From the NCBI GenBank assembly GCA_965644265.1, contig OZ286476.1, forward strand, positions 7,688,001 through 7,752,000: DNA of 64,000 nucleotides, given 5' to 3'. The notes beneath the pieces were generated by a model, which was not told where the DNA came from, made no database searches, and saw only the letters and a list, made by a program, of their open reading frames with translations. This document shows, piece after piece, positions 35,849 through 46,708 of this stretch (the first letter of the stretch is position 1; each line of letters begins with the position of its first letter). Source of the DNA: Glycera tridactyla. Its lineage: Eukaryota. A program made the translations under genes and the position numbers.

Positions 35849-36045
35849 TCTGAAAGGGTTGTAGTCTCTTCACTGTGACTGATAGACTGAAGTGACTTCT
35901 CCCCATCTCTGGTAGCACATAGACAAATTACATCATCAGGGCACACATGCACTACTAATGTGGGTGGATGGGAGGCCTATATGTGATATGACACTGTTTC
36001 CTGCACTTCCAGGCATCTCTCCCTCACACATCGGTGCTATCATCA

Positions 36046-36190
36046 NNNNNNNNNNNNNNNNNNNNNNNNNNNNNNNNNNNNNNNNNNNNNNNNNNNNNNN
36101 NNNNNNNNNNNNNNNNNNNNNNNNNNNNNNNNNNNNNNNNNNNNNNNNNNNNNNNNNNNNNNNNNNNNNNNNNNNNNNNNNNNNNNNNNN
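36046..36190. other. Assembly gap (N run)
   Basis: Run of N. Confidence 1.
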
Positions 36191-36789
36191 AAATCCTCTC
36201 CCCATGCATTCATCCTTTCCTGCTACTCACACACTCCCTCATTTATCCTGTATCATACTCTTCCACTCATCTCATTTCACAACCTCTCCTTTTTATTTAT
36301 TTCATCAAGATTTATTTTCCATCCTTTCACACATCTAGCGGATCTCTTCGCCTGTTTGATCGATGTTGACATATAAATCTACCCATATCAGAAACAATTA
36401 TATCTGTAATATGGAACATATGGACGACCTACGTTGGTCGGACAGTACGTCATTTGTCACGGATGTGGTGAGGAGCTCCCAAGATTTTGTTTATGACACT
36501 AACCACGTAGATTCCTCTGAGTTAGTCATTTCACTGAACTTCCCTTGACACCCATCCTATGATGCCACATCCCATGTGCCATCATAGCTGGTTTGTGAGT
36601 GAAAATGGGCCCCACATGGAATCTGGCCAGGATTCCATGCTGTCATCCCATCACTCCTTTTAGTTTCATCAAATTTTCTCATTTCCCCCATTTTATACCT
36701 TGGTCACTCACTCACTGAGTCCTTCTGGTCTGTCCGTCAATGGTGCACTGGATTCCATGTCTGGCATTCATATTAGTACTCTTATTTAC

Positions 36790-37140
36790 ATTATGTGCCC
36801 CTTGTTAGTAAAGTATTACGATGTTGAAAATATGACGCAACTTTTCATGAAAATCGACCCAACAGACATATTTGATTATTTGCATGAATTGGGAATATTT
36901 AGACAAATATGAATCGTGTGCATGCTAACCCAGTGCATGCCGACTGGGATATCAATGGCCGGCCGTGCTGATAGGAGTCTTTTCCTTGACGCACGTTAAA
37001 GATCCACTGCTGTCTTTCGCAAAGAGTAGGGACGGCCCCCGCATGCAGTGACTCTTTTTCTTCAGCATTTTCAGTTTTTTTTCTGTCCGATATAACCCAA
37101 GTGGGTTTAAGTGACGTTAAACTTGAACAAACAAACAACG
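36790..37140 (+). mobile_element. 5'-truncated I/Nimb-like LINE 3' end (copy 1)
   Basis: KYYDVENMTQLFMKIDPTDIFDYLHELGIFRQI* C-terminus, a shared 3' UTR with a CCCAGT-GCATGC-CG-ACTGGG hairpin, and an (AAAC)n tail. Confidence 0.75.
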
Positions 37141-37837
37141 TCTTAATCCGCTTCTAAGGGCACCCATTTATTTCCACTCTCTCTCCCTCTGAAGAAGAAA
37201 TTAGGGAGTCTGAATTTTCTTTGAAAATCCACCTATTTCGACCCTCTGATATGGAGCTTGGGTATTTCACTTACTCAGCTCAGTGATTTTTGATCATGTG
37301 TTTTCTCCCAACACAACAGGATTCATGTCCTGAAGGTCTGTGAATTTCATCTATATTCACTTCTGGGGGTAGAGATTTCCCTTGATTAAACCCATGCTCA
37401 TGACATGAACGTCTCAATATATCCCCATTTGAGCCAACATGGCATCAAACCACCATCAACCCTCGATAACCATACATGAAATAGGCATTTATGATATGCC
37501 ACTCTTCAAAATGCCCAATGACAATTTCTTATAATCTATTTCACACTATCAGATGTGCTCAAATTTTTTTCCTTTGGATTTTCCTGTGGATTGTATCCAG
37601 GACTTTTTCATCCATTATGTCATTTGTTCGTCCCCCAAGTCAGATTGAATGTCTTCTTCAAACATGGTTTCCCTAATCACCCACGTATCTTGATATGGAT
37701 TATCATAATCACTTTCAGCCTAAAATCTTCCTTTTTATTTTCCACAAATCCCTGCACTTTTGAATGGATCTTTTATATCAATGATGTTGACTATTGCATT
37801 CTTGCACAATCGTAACCTCTTTCTTTCTCTCTCTCAG

Positions 37838-38192
37838 AAATTTTCATACATTCCACCAAGGAATTTTCACTCATTCCACCAAGTAATTTTTCACACATTC
37901 CACCAAGTAATTTTTTCACACATTCCACCAAGGAATTTTCACACATTCCACAGAGAAATTTTCACACATTCCACCGAGGAATTTTCACACATTCAAACCA
38001 AGGAATTTTCACACATTCCACCAAGGAATTTTCACACATTCCATCGAGGAAATTTCACACATTCCATCAAGGAATTTTTACACATTCCATCAAGGAATTT
38101 TCACACATTCCACCAAGGAATTTTCACACATTCCACCAAGGAATTTTCACACATTCCACCAAGGAATTTTCACACATTCCACCAAGGAATTT
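37838..38192. repeat. 23-bp minisatellite (TTCCACCAAGGAATTTTCACACA), about 15 copies
   Basis: Directly visible; degenerate homologous units at 47578-47690. Confidence 0.95.
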
Positions 38193-38849
38193 ATAGGGAG
38201 ACTTATAGTTCAACATGGCCAGGCGTCCTCAGACACATGCTTGTCAACCTCCTCCCACCAGCCCAGATCGTGTTCCGGGGCATATCCTGAAATATCCCAG
38301 CCACTTCACTACTTGTGAAGTGTCCCTTACTGTGCCCCCGGTAGATTTCCCGGGAGCTGCTCCTCCCAGTGTAGTCCCCTGCAGACTATCTCATTCCTCT
38401 GGTAGCATACACAACCAACCCATGTCCCTCAATGCATAGGAAATACCCCATGGGTGCGTTAGGATATGACCATGTGAGTGCATTTTTCTCCTAACTAAAA
38501 CACCCATGCCTTACTTATTTGGTGTGGCACCTTACTTATCTAGGTATTTCAACATTGAACATGCCTTGAATTCTATACATTATTATAAACCTGTATCACA
38601 GCATCTGATATCTATGTAACATACATACATTATCCCACAAGTTTACTCACCACCCTGTATTTCCGGCTACAATGTAAACTCATGCACACCAGACTCACCA
38701 TGACTTCCCACAAATTCTGACTCATTCATTCTCCTCTCATACATCACACAGCAACAGATCTCACCTATTATTACTCAATTAGAGCATACAGACCTGTCAT
38801 CTTGGCTGCTGCACTTCCCTGCTATGCACAGCTCGCAGCCTCATTCGCA

Positions 38850-39065
38850 CTATCCAACCCCTCTTTTCTTTTGTTTGAGGTATTTTCTGGTGTTCAAAGG
38901 GTAAAGCTTTTCAGCCCACCTTCGTGCGGTGGGTGTCAGGTCCTTTGCAAATGACCAGCTTGCTTCGGAGCTTGGCCAGCCCATCCATTGTATCAAATAT
39001 TCACAATTTGTCAGGGGCCCTCTAGCTGCCAATATGTTCTACACTTGATAGAACTCTGGCTCCTG
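38850..39065 (-). pseudogene. Chromodomain at the integrase C-terminus
   Basis: Manual translation EFYQV*NILAARGPLTNCEYLIQWMGWPSSEASWSFAKDL; aromatic-cage positions Y, W, W present. Confidence 0.8.
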
Positions 39066-40098
39066 CTCCTCGCCTCCTCCCACTCTCCATTCCCATACCT
39101 CTCAGGTTGGCACCTCTGTCTTTTTGGTCTGGCAGGCTGAGGCGGTTGGCGGCCTTTTTGAACTCGACTTCCTCAGAAAGTCTCCTCTGACTCTGGGAAG
39201 CTGTCTGTTGCTGCCTCAGTGGACCTTCCTGCCACCTGGCTGCCATGCCTTGGCATATTTGGCAGTTGCCACACAGTATTCCTCCCTGTTTCCCTTGGGT
39301 AGTTTACTCCCTTGGGCCTCTTGTACCTGACGGTACTATTATGCCTCAGAAACCCTGGCTTTAGTAAGCTTGTGTGGGTTTTCTCCTGATGGAATGGTCT
39401 TCCATCCAAATACTTAAGACGCACTGTATGGGGGCTCAGTACCTCTTTTATTTCCAAGGGTCAGAAGGCTTGCGGCCTATGTTTCTTCTGGGGAAGATTT
39501 TTTTCATCCTTCACATATACTATAGCTCCCTTATGATAGTAAAAGCCCTCGAGCTCATTCGCCGTCTTCTCGCGAATTTTGGCATGGTATTCCAAGACTC
39601 TATTCCGGACCACTTCTGTGATCTGGCTCAACTTTTCCCGCAATCGAATTAGATATTCGGTGCTGTCTTGATCCATCTCCCCTTCCATGCCCCTTCCCTG
39701 TTTCACTGCGCTGTCTATTAGCAACATCGGCATCTTGCCAAATACCGCACTATATGGCGCATACCCTAAAGTAGTGTGAGGTGTACAGTTTATTGCCAGT
39801 ACTGGCACCGAGGATGCTTGTTCTTCCCTTGGGCCTAGGACCTTTGCCTTTGTCTTCCTTTTCTTCCTCTTGGGTGAAGGCAATCCCTGTGGGAACTCGT
39901 CCACAATCTCTATACCCTCTTCTCTCTCCTTCTGAGCCTGTGCCCTGGTCTTCACAGGCATATTCTGAGCTTCTTTTTCTGATGTCCTCGCTTTGTCTGC
40001 TTCCCCTTTCTCCTCTTGCTGAGCTTGGGCTCTGGTCTCGACTACTGCCACATAGCCTCCCCTCTGCCCATCCATAGTGAATGGGAAACAAGGGTCCT

Positions 40099-42190
40099 CT
40101 AAGTCTGGTGTCCTTGCTTCCTCTCGGTTGTCTGGATTTGGTTCCATCCTTGAGAGACAATCTGGTATCTGGGCACATACTCTACATCAAAATCAAAGCT
40201 CTGCAGGTATGCTATCCATTTTGCCCATTGCATTGTGGGGGTCTTCTGTGTGAGCATGGGCGCAAGGGCCTGATTATCAGTTCGGACTGTGAATGCAGTT
40301 CCTCGTAGGTAGTACTTGTACTCATCCACTGCAGTCACAATCCCAAGGCACTCCAACTCACTAGAACCATATCGAGTTTGGTGACTCCGAAGGCTCTTGC
40401 TTTCATATGCAATTACCGCCTCTCGACCTCTTTTCTACACCCCTGGTTTCTCATGTTCTGGGATTTCCTGTGCGAGGTAATAACTGATCCCTGTGTGACT
40501 CGCGTCAACACTCAGGAGATACGGCAAATCAGCTAGAGGGTATGGCAGGATCGGTGGTTCCACCATCTTCTCTTTGAGTGCGGCAAACGCCGTTTCGCAC
40601 TCCTCGGTCCATCTGAATGGGACATCCTCTTTTGTGAGATCAAATAGAGGTCGGGCAATTATGCTAAAGCCTGGGATATGCCTTTTGAAGTACCCTAGTG
40701 CTCCTAGGACTCCCTTCACCTTCTTCTTCGTTCTTGGTCGAGGCAACTTCATGATCGCTCTCTGCTTGTTTTCATTTACAGAGATTCCTTCCGCACTGAT
40801 ATCAAAGCCTAGAAACTGGACCTTGGGAACCTCAAACTTGCATTTCTTGGGGGCCAATCTCAACCCTGCTTTTCCCAGCCTCTGTAGAACTTCTCTGATC
40901 AGCTCCAGGTGTCGTTCCCAGTCTCTCGAGCTGATAATGATGTCATCCAAATATGCAGCGGCCTCCCAGAAATTCAGGCCCTGCATGACAATTTGCATGA
41001 GCCTGGAGAATTCCGCTCTTGAGGTCTTCAAGCCCATACATAGGCGTCTATGGCAAAATAAACCGAAGTCACACGCAAATGCGTTGAGGTGGCGGCTCTC
41101 TTCGTCCAATTCTACACAGTAGTAAGCATCCTTTAAATCCATCTTCGTCAGAAACTTTGGTGGCTCTTTGAACGCCAAGTCCTCCTGGAGATATCTGATA
41201 ACCGGTGTTGGGATAGCTGTCCCCGTGTATTTGTTGATTCAGGCGTCTCATGTCAGTAACAAAACAATACTGCTCCAAGGAGTGCTCCTTGGAGCCTTCA
41301 GGGGCCTGCGTAGGTTTACCTTCAACCTTCTTCTGGACTAAAATAATCGGGCTCGAGTACTCGCTCGTCGAAGGTTCTATCACCCCTTGGTCTAAAAGTT
41401 TCTCGATCTGGTGCTTAATGGCCAGTCGTTTGGTGCTCTCAATCCTGTACACCTTTTCCTTGAAAGGCTTGGCCCCTTCCTTGAGTACGATCTTGTGTTT
41501 CAGGATGTCCGTCTTCCCAAGTTCCGGACTCTTTTTTGTCACGAACACCGGTTTATGCTCCTGGAGGATTTCCTGTAGCTGCAGCTTTTGCCTATCTGTG
41601 AGTGTTGTGTCCTCTACATCGAAGTAATTCAAAAAGGTCGCTCTCTCCTTTTGATTCATCCCCTTTGCCACCATATGTACTACTGGGGTCCGCGAAGACA
41701 GGTTAGCCTTTTCAGGCTTTTTTCCCAATAGTGGTATTTCTGTGTATTCATCCAAGTCAGTCATAAACCTTGCTACCACTTGGCCTCTTCTCAGCCTCAC
41801 TGTGTAGTCATTTGCATTCACCATCCTTACTGCCACCAATCCATTTATTACTCGGCCAACTGTTTGGGCTGTCAACACACCTTCATTTTCAAGCTCAGGC
41901 ACTGGCACGCATGTGCCCTCAAGTTCGTCACACATCTCATGACCTACTTGAACCCACAGTGTGACCTCACTGAATGCTGGCAGTTCAATGGGCCTGGTGA
42001 CCTCTACTCTAGCTTCCCTTTTCAAGGTCACTGTTCCTCTCGAGCAGGAAATTGCATCCACAAAGTGCCCGAGAAATTCCATGCCCAATGCCATGTGTGT
42101 GAGGCAGGGCTCCATCACTCGCTCCCTCAATCTGTTCACAATATGAGCATATTTCTTTTCATCCACATCATGTGAATGGTTGCTACCCAA
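40099..42190 (-). pseudogene. pol: Reverse transcriptase and RNase H of Gypsy copy 1 (frameshifted)
   Basis: ORFs 41069-42190, 40435-41178 and 40099-40356 carry RT and RNase H motifs. Confidence 0.92.
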
Positions 42191-42519
42191 TGGAGGTAGT
42201 TTTTGGTTACCAGTGCCTGTTGTTTGGCTACTGGATCCCCTTGAAGGGGGTATATTTCTTACCTTTCGTATACTTTCGTATTCTTACATTTGCCGCTAGC
42301 CCGGGCATAGGCCTGGGCCCAAGGGGTCCAAATCTGCGGCTGAAACATTCGGGCCCCCCTTTAGTTTTCTAAATTCTCCCGCCCCTTTCAGTCCCCTGTG
42401 TCATCCCCAGCCATCATGGCATGTGTTTGGTAATCTTGTGGTCATTTTGATTGTGCATTTCCCATTGCCCCAGAAGCCTCTCCCTTATTGTTAGATCCCA
42501 TCTGCGGCAACATCATCAG

Positions 42520-42529
42520 TTAGTTTCCC
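42520..42529 (-). promoter_or_regulatory. Probable gag/pol -1 frameshift site G GGA AAC TAA
   Basis: Slippery heptamer in the Gag frame directly before a stop; the earlier TGA at 42580 is TGG in copy 2. Confidence 0.65.
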
Positions 42530-44223
42530 ATGGGTCCCCATGGCACCCCCATGCAGGGGTCATGTATGGATGGCATCATTCAAGCGGCATCCCCTACCTT
42601 CGAGCCCTGGGGGGCTGAGCGGGATTGCCCCCGACCATGACTGGATCCACCTCTTCCGTGGCCTCTTCCACCCCTCAACCTTGGGCAATTTCTAGCTATG
42701 TGCCCCTGTTGGCCACATTGATAACATCCTGTGGATCCCGCTTCCTGACACTCTACCCGGATGTGCCCATATTTCCCACATTTATAGCACTTAGGAACCC
42801 TCCCCCGGCTTACCATTCACTGTGTCCTTGCCATAATCTTGGGTTCTCTGGAGATGGGCAAGGTCCTTTTTTAGTTTGTTGATTTTCCCCCTTGGCCTCC
42901 TCCACTGCATGAGTCCAACCTGTGCCACCGGTGCCTCCACCTCTCCCGCCGGCTGGACGGTCGTAATTGTTCAGCCCGGGGTCTCCTTTATTTTCCTTCT
43001 CCACCAGCTTCATTACCTGGGCTGTCATAGCCAAGTCCAATGCATCTTGTAGACCTAGTGGTCTACTGGCCATAACATATGTATTCCAGGCTACCGGTAG
43101 TCCCCTCACAAAACAGTTTAGGACGTCTCTTGGTGCCTTGTCCAACCTGTCACCGAGACTGATGATTCCCTCGTAATATTCCTCTACCTTTTGATCCCTC
43201 CGAAGTTTCTTTGTTTGCAGCCGCTCCTCTTCCGCGTAATTTATTTCCACTCTCGTGGATTGGTACTCATCCTTCAGTAGAGCCACCAGGTCAACACAGG
43301 TTTTCTGATCCTTGTCTGTGACTTGTTTTTCCAGATAATATCTGGCCAGGCCTGTCAAGCTCATGCTCAGGGCTGCCTCCATTTTCGTAGAATGCTTCTT
43401 CTTTTGGTTGGCATCCCCTGTTGTCTCGTCCCAATCTTGCAGTATACAGTAGTGTTCAAATCGTTCTAAGAAAACGATGACTGATTCATCTGACCACCCA
43501 GAGAAATGAGGGAGCTTCACGCCCCCTGTTCCAGTTGCCATTTTCTCTGTGGGAGGGTTGGTCTCCTTATACAGGTAAGCTGTATCTTCCAAGGTTTCTT
43601 CCTCGATGAGGTCTTTCTCTGTTTCTATATCATCCGTGGCAAGCAGTGTCTCATCGGCCTCTTCTATGCCTTCCCCCAAAGAAAACCTGACTTTTGGAAT
43701 GCATAAAACATCGACAGGTTTCACTGCAATTTCATCAAGTTTTTCCCCTGTAGCTCCTTCCTCCAAGTTCCGTGAATTATACCATGCCTCTCCTGGTCTA
43801 TATGGAGTACTACTGCCCCTTGCATGCAGCTCTGGGGTCTGATAAAGAGTAGGCAAATCTGCTGGGCCTAAAGCTGACAAGTACCCTCTCTCTGGCCCAG
43901 GATGACTGAATCTGCTTGTATCCTCCTTGCCAGTTTCCGATCCTGGATGCTCTTGAGTTTGGTCAGCCTGATCTAAGTCCTCTTGATCCGCCAGGCTTCT
44001 GTCTTTCTTTCGCTGCTCCAGGGCATTTCCAATGTAAGCCCACTTTATTGACTTGATTCACTAGTGAATTCCAGCATCTCCAGAACATTGCGGCCAGCAA
44101 AAGAAAACCAGTGTATACTACAGCAATATGAAACTTATTCGCGTGTCTGTGTACATATTCCCAAAATTTAGATTGAGAAAGATCAACATCGGTCTCTGGA
44201 TCAATTTACAGTGATTCATCCAT
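42520..44223 (-). pseudogene. gag: Gag of Gypsy copy 1 with N-terminal hydrophobic helix and two zinc knuckles
   Basis: MDESL*IDPETDVDLSQSKFWEYVHRHANKFHIAVVYTGFLLLAAMFWRCW...; CYKCGKYGHIRVEC and CYQCGQQGHIARNC. Confidence 0.8.
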
Positions 44224-45129
44224 CTTTGGGATACCTCTAATGCATGATCATTATAACAAATGTTATCCAGAGACTGTACAGTTCCACCTCAAACAAAGGA
44301 TTCAGACCCCACAACAGGATCCATGCAGTGTGTTCGGGATGGGGAGGGGGGGGGGGGGGGGTTAGCACATGTTCAACTATCATGTGCCTGCATTCAATGC
44401 ATGTATCACCATATTCCCATGTATTCATGTGTGTACGCATGTATATGCATACATGTGTGTGGTGCCCTACATGGGACAAAACAAATCCATGGAACCACAA
44501 ACCCAAACAGATCAATCAATCAACTCCATGGAAGCACAACCACAAATAAATCAATCAATAAACTAGATTCAATCCCATTTACTCAAAATAATGCCAAATA
44601 GCATTCAGCCAGACAAACAATCCAATCATCGCCAACAACAATATGATCATCACATATATATCCATACACCTTTCTTGTTCCTGTAGATCACACATCATGA
44701 CTTAAAATTCCACTCATGTCATCAATATTGCCATTTCTCACTGGAAAATCCAGAATATCCAGCCTAATAGAAATAGGAATAACCCCAACAGTGTAAGAAC
44801 CAAAATTGAAACAATTTTAGTAGCAGTTTCCATATTCCATGATAGAATCCAAAATGTTCAGAAAATAATCCAAAAAACAAAACAATATCAATCTCTTCAC
44901 GCCAAAATTCCTACAAGATGATGTCCACGGCATATAAATGGCATTAGATATGACGATGAAAGTGTGACCCATATAATACATACTCAATCATACTCACAAT
45001 CAAACCAATAATCAATCAATCAATTCGCCTAATAACCAAATCTGCTTATACAAAATCAAAGCAAAAGCCCCTATTATGCCAGGTCATGTGGGCCCATATT
45101 TTCGAGCAATTCAATTCTCCCCCATGTCC

Positions 45130-45727
45130 TACTGGCCACTAGCCTGGGGCTTGTGATTGTATCTCACTGCCCAACTCCCAATGGGGTTCTCCCCTCCCTT
45201 TGGAGAGATCAACCCACGAGTAATGGGTTAGGAAATAGTGCCAGCCCCAGGCTAGTGGCCAGTAGGACATCACTCGATCCTGTTGGTCACCAGATTCAGA
45301 TCCTCCTCATACCAATGCTAGTCTGCCACTCCTCCAGAATGTATGTTATGGACAAAGGAAGCCCAAGACCAACTAAGATGTCATGGAAAGTTGCCCTTAG
45401 ATCACAATTCACCCCCGGCAACCATGCACGATTGTTTCCAAACTCCTTGCACCAATCACGCACAGGTTGCCAGAAACTAACCATCTCATGAGACGTTATG
45501 ACAGAACATGAGATAGTACGACAGATTGGCACCAATAAAAACATATTTCTGACTTCTGATATCAAAATGGTGATACAAACATGTTTTCGACTACTGATAC
45601 CAAAATGGTGACGCCAATCCTGTCTCAAGGACGTTTCTTTCCTTAAAACATTCTTCAAGAAGCTGGTGTGGTATTGCTTCTTATGGCTAACCCATGGACA
45701 ATCAATCAGAAACCACAACTGCTGCAA
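45130..45727 (-). pseudogene. Accessory ORF-B of Gypsy copy 2
   Basis: 143-aa ORF plus downstream sequence with nucleotide identity to 18755-18860 and 20017-20131. Confidence 0.6.
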
Positions 45728-46171
45728 TCTTCACCTAACTGACCTACGGTCAACCATCAGACACGCAACAATCAATATACATATATATATATATATATGT
45801 ATATGTACATAAATAAATATATGACACCATATATGTCCGCCGATTTATCAGAGAGACTCTCTAAGCAATTGAGCTGATCGACCTGCCTGAATTTACATGG
45901 AATGGATAGGTATCCATACATCTCCATTTGTTATTATTCAATACCTTATAGTAAAATAGAATGAGACGTGACTTATCTTAGACTGTGACGGACTTCAAGT
46001 AACACAGAATGAAATCATTCCCGATATGTTGGAAAGAACAAGTAACAACAACATTTATATTCATGCTCATTCTTCATATACGTTCAACAAACATTCTGTT
46101 TGTACAATGATAGTACGATGATATACACTGATAGACGTCCATCTTACGTTATTGAATGTCATTCGGATGTC

Positions 46172-46708
46172 CTATGGTGGACATCCTGTCAACATCTGCC
46201 CACATAGTGTCCCTTGCCTACTGGTTTGCCCACCAACTGCCACTCTGACTACTGCTGGCCTACTATGGTCATTGTGAGCAATCTGAATTGCCACTAGCTC
46301 TTCTGCAAATGCACATAAGTGTGCAGCAAATTTCTTCATACTAACCACATCCATTCTCAGGCACACATGGATGTCTCTCCAGCTGACATCCAACTAATCA
46401 TGTCCTGATATCATACGCCATATATTGCTTTCATCTCCTTCAATCTAGGAATTGCCGATTTGCCGGCCATGATGGAAAATAATTCTCCTTCCATCGTGCC
46501 GTTGGACACATACTTAGGTTTTTCCAGGCCCCTCATATTGCTGTCATTTCGATATATTGGCTGTTTGATATTTTCCTTTCCAACTCGTGACACATCCACA
46601 TCTACCCTATAGGTGCATACTGAGTATGGTTCAACCACATCTATCTAAAAAACTTTCGATACTGTCATCTATTACAAGACCATATTGGAGCATGGCATCA
46701 CTGTTCAT
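46172..46708 (-). pseudogene. Accessory ORF-A of Gypsy copy 2
   Basis: Aligns with the split ORF-A at 35848-35691 plus 26643-26175. Confidence 0.75.

Larger units (their letters stand above)
38850..44223 (-). mobile_element. gag-pol: Gypsy (Metaviridae-like) gag-pol, copy 1, degraded; integrase zinc finger and catalytic core deleted
   Basis: Gag LPHFSG..FLERFEHYC..W, two CCHC knuckles, PR remnant DDTG near 42400, RT DLKDAYY/YLDDIII, RH VDASHTG/ECLGIV/TDNQAL, IN tail TPHTTLGYAPYSAVFG, chromodomain; order PR-RT-RH-IN. Confidence 0.95.

Noticed and set aside
36899-37138. THAP domain or BEL integrase zinc finger in the minus ORF (HAGAVPTL..QQWIF)
   Set aside because: The region is the plus-strand 3' UTR of an I/Nimb-like LINE, as shown by the 59750-60468 copy; motif order does not fit THAP
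37760-38290. 176-aa repetitive ORF
   Set aside because: Translation of the 23-bp minisatellite
44240-45120. LTR and primer-binding site between the two Gypsy copies
   Set aside because: No matching repeat found by eye at 60.9-61.4 kb or below 17 kb, and no convincing tRNA-complementary PBS; the LTRs remain unidentified
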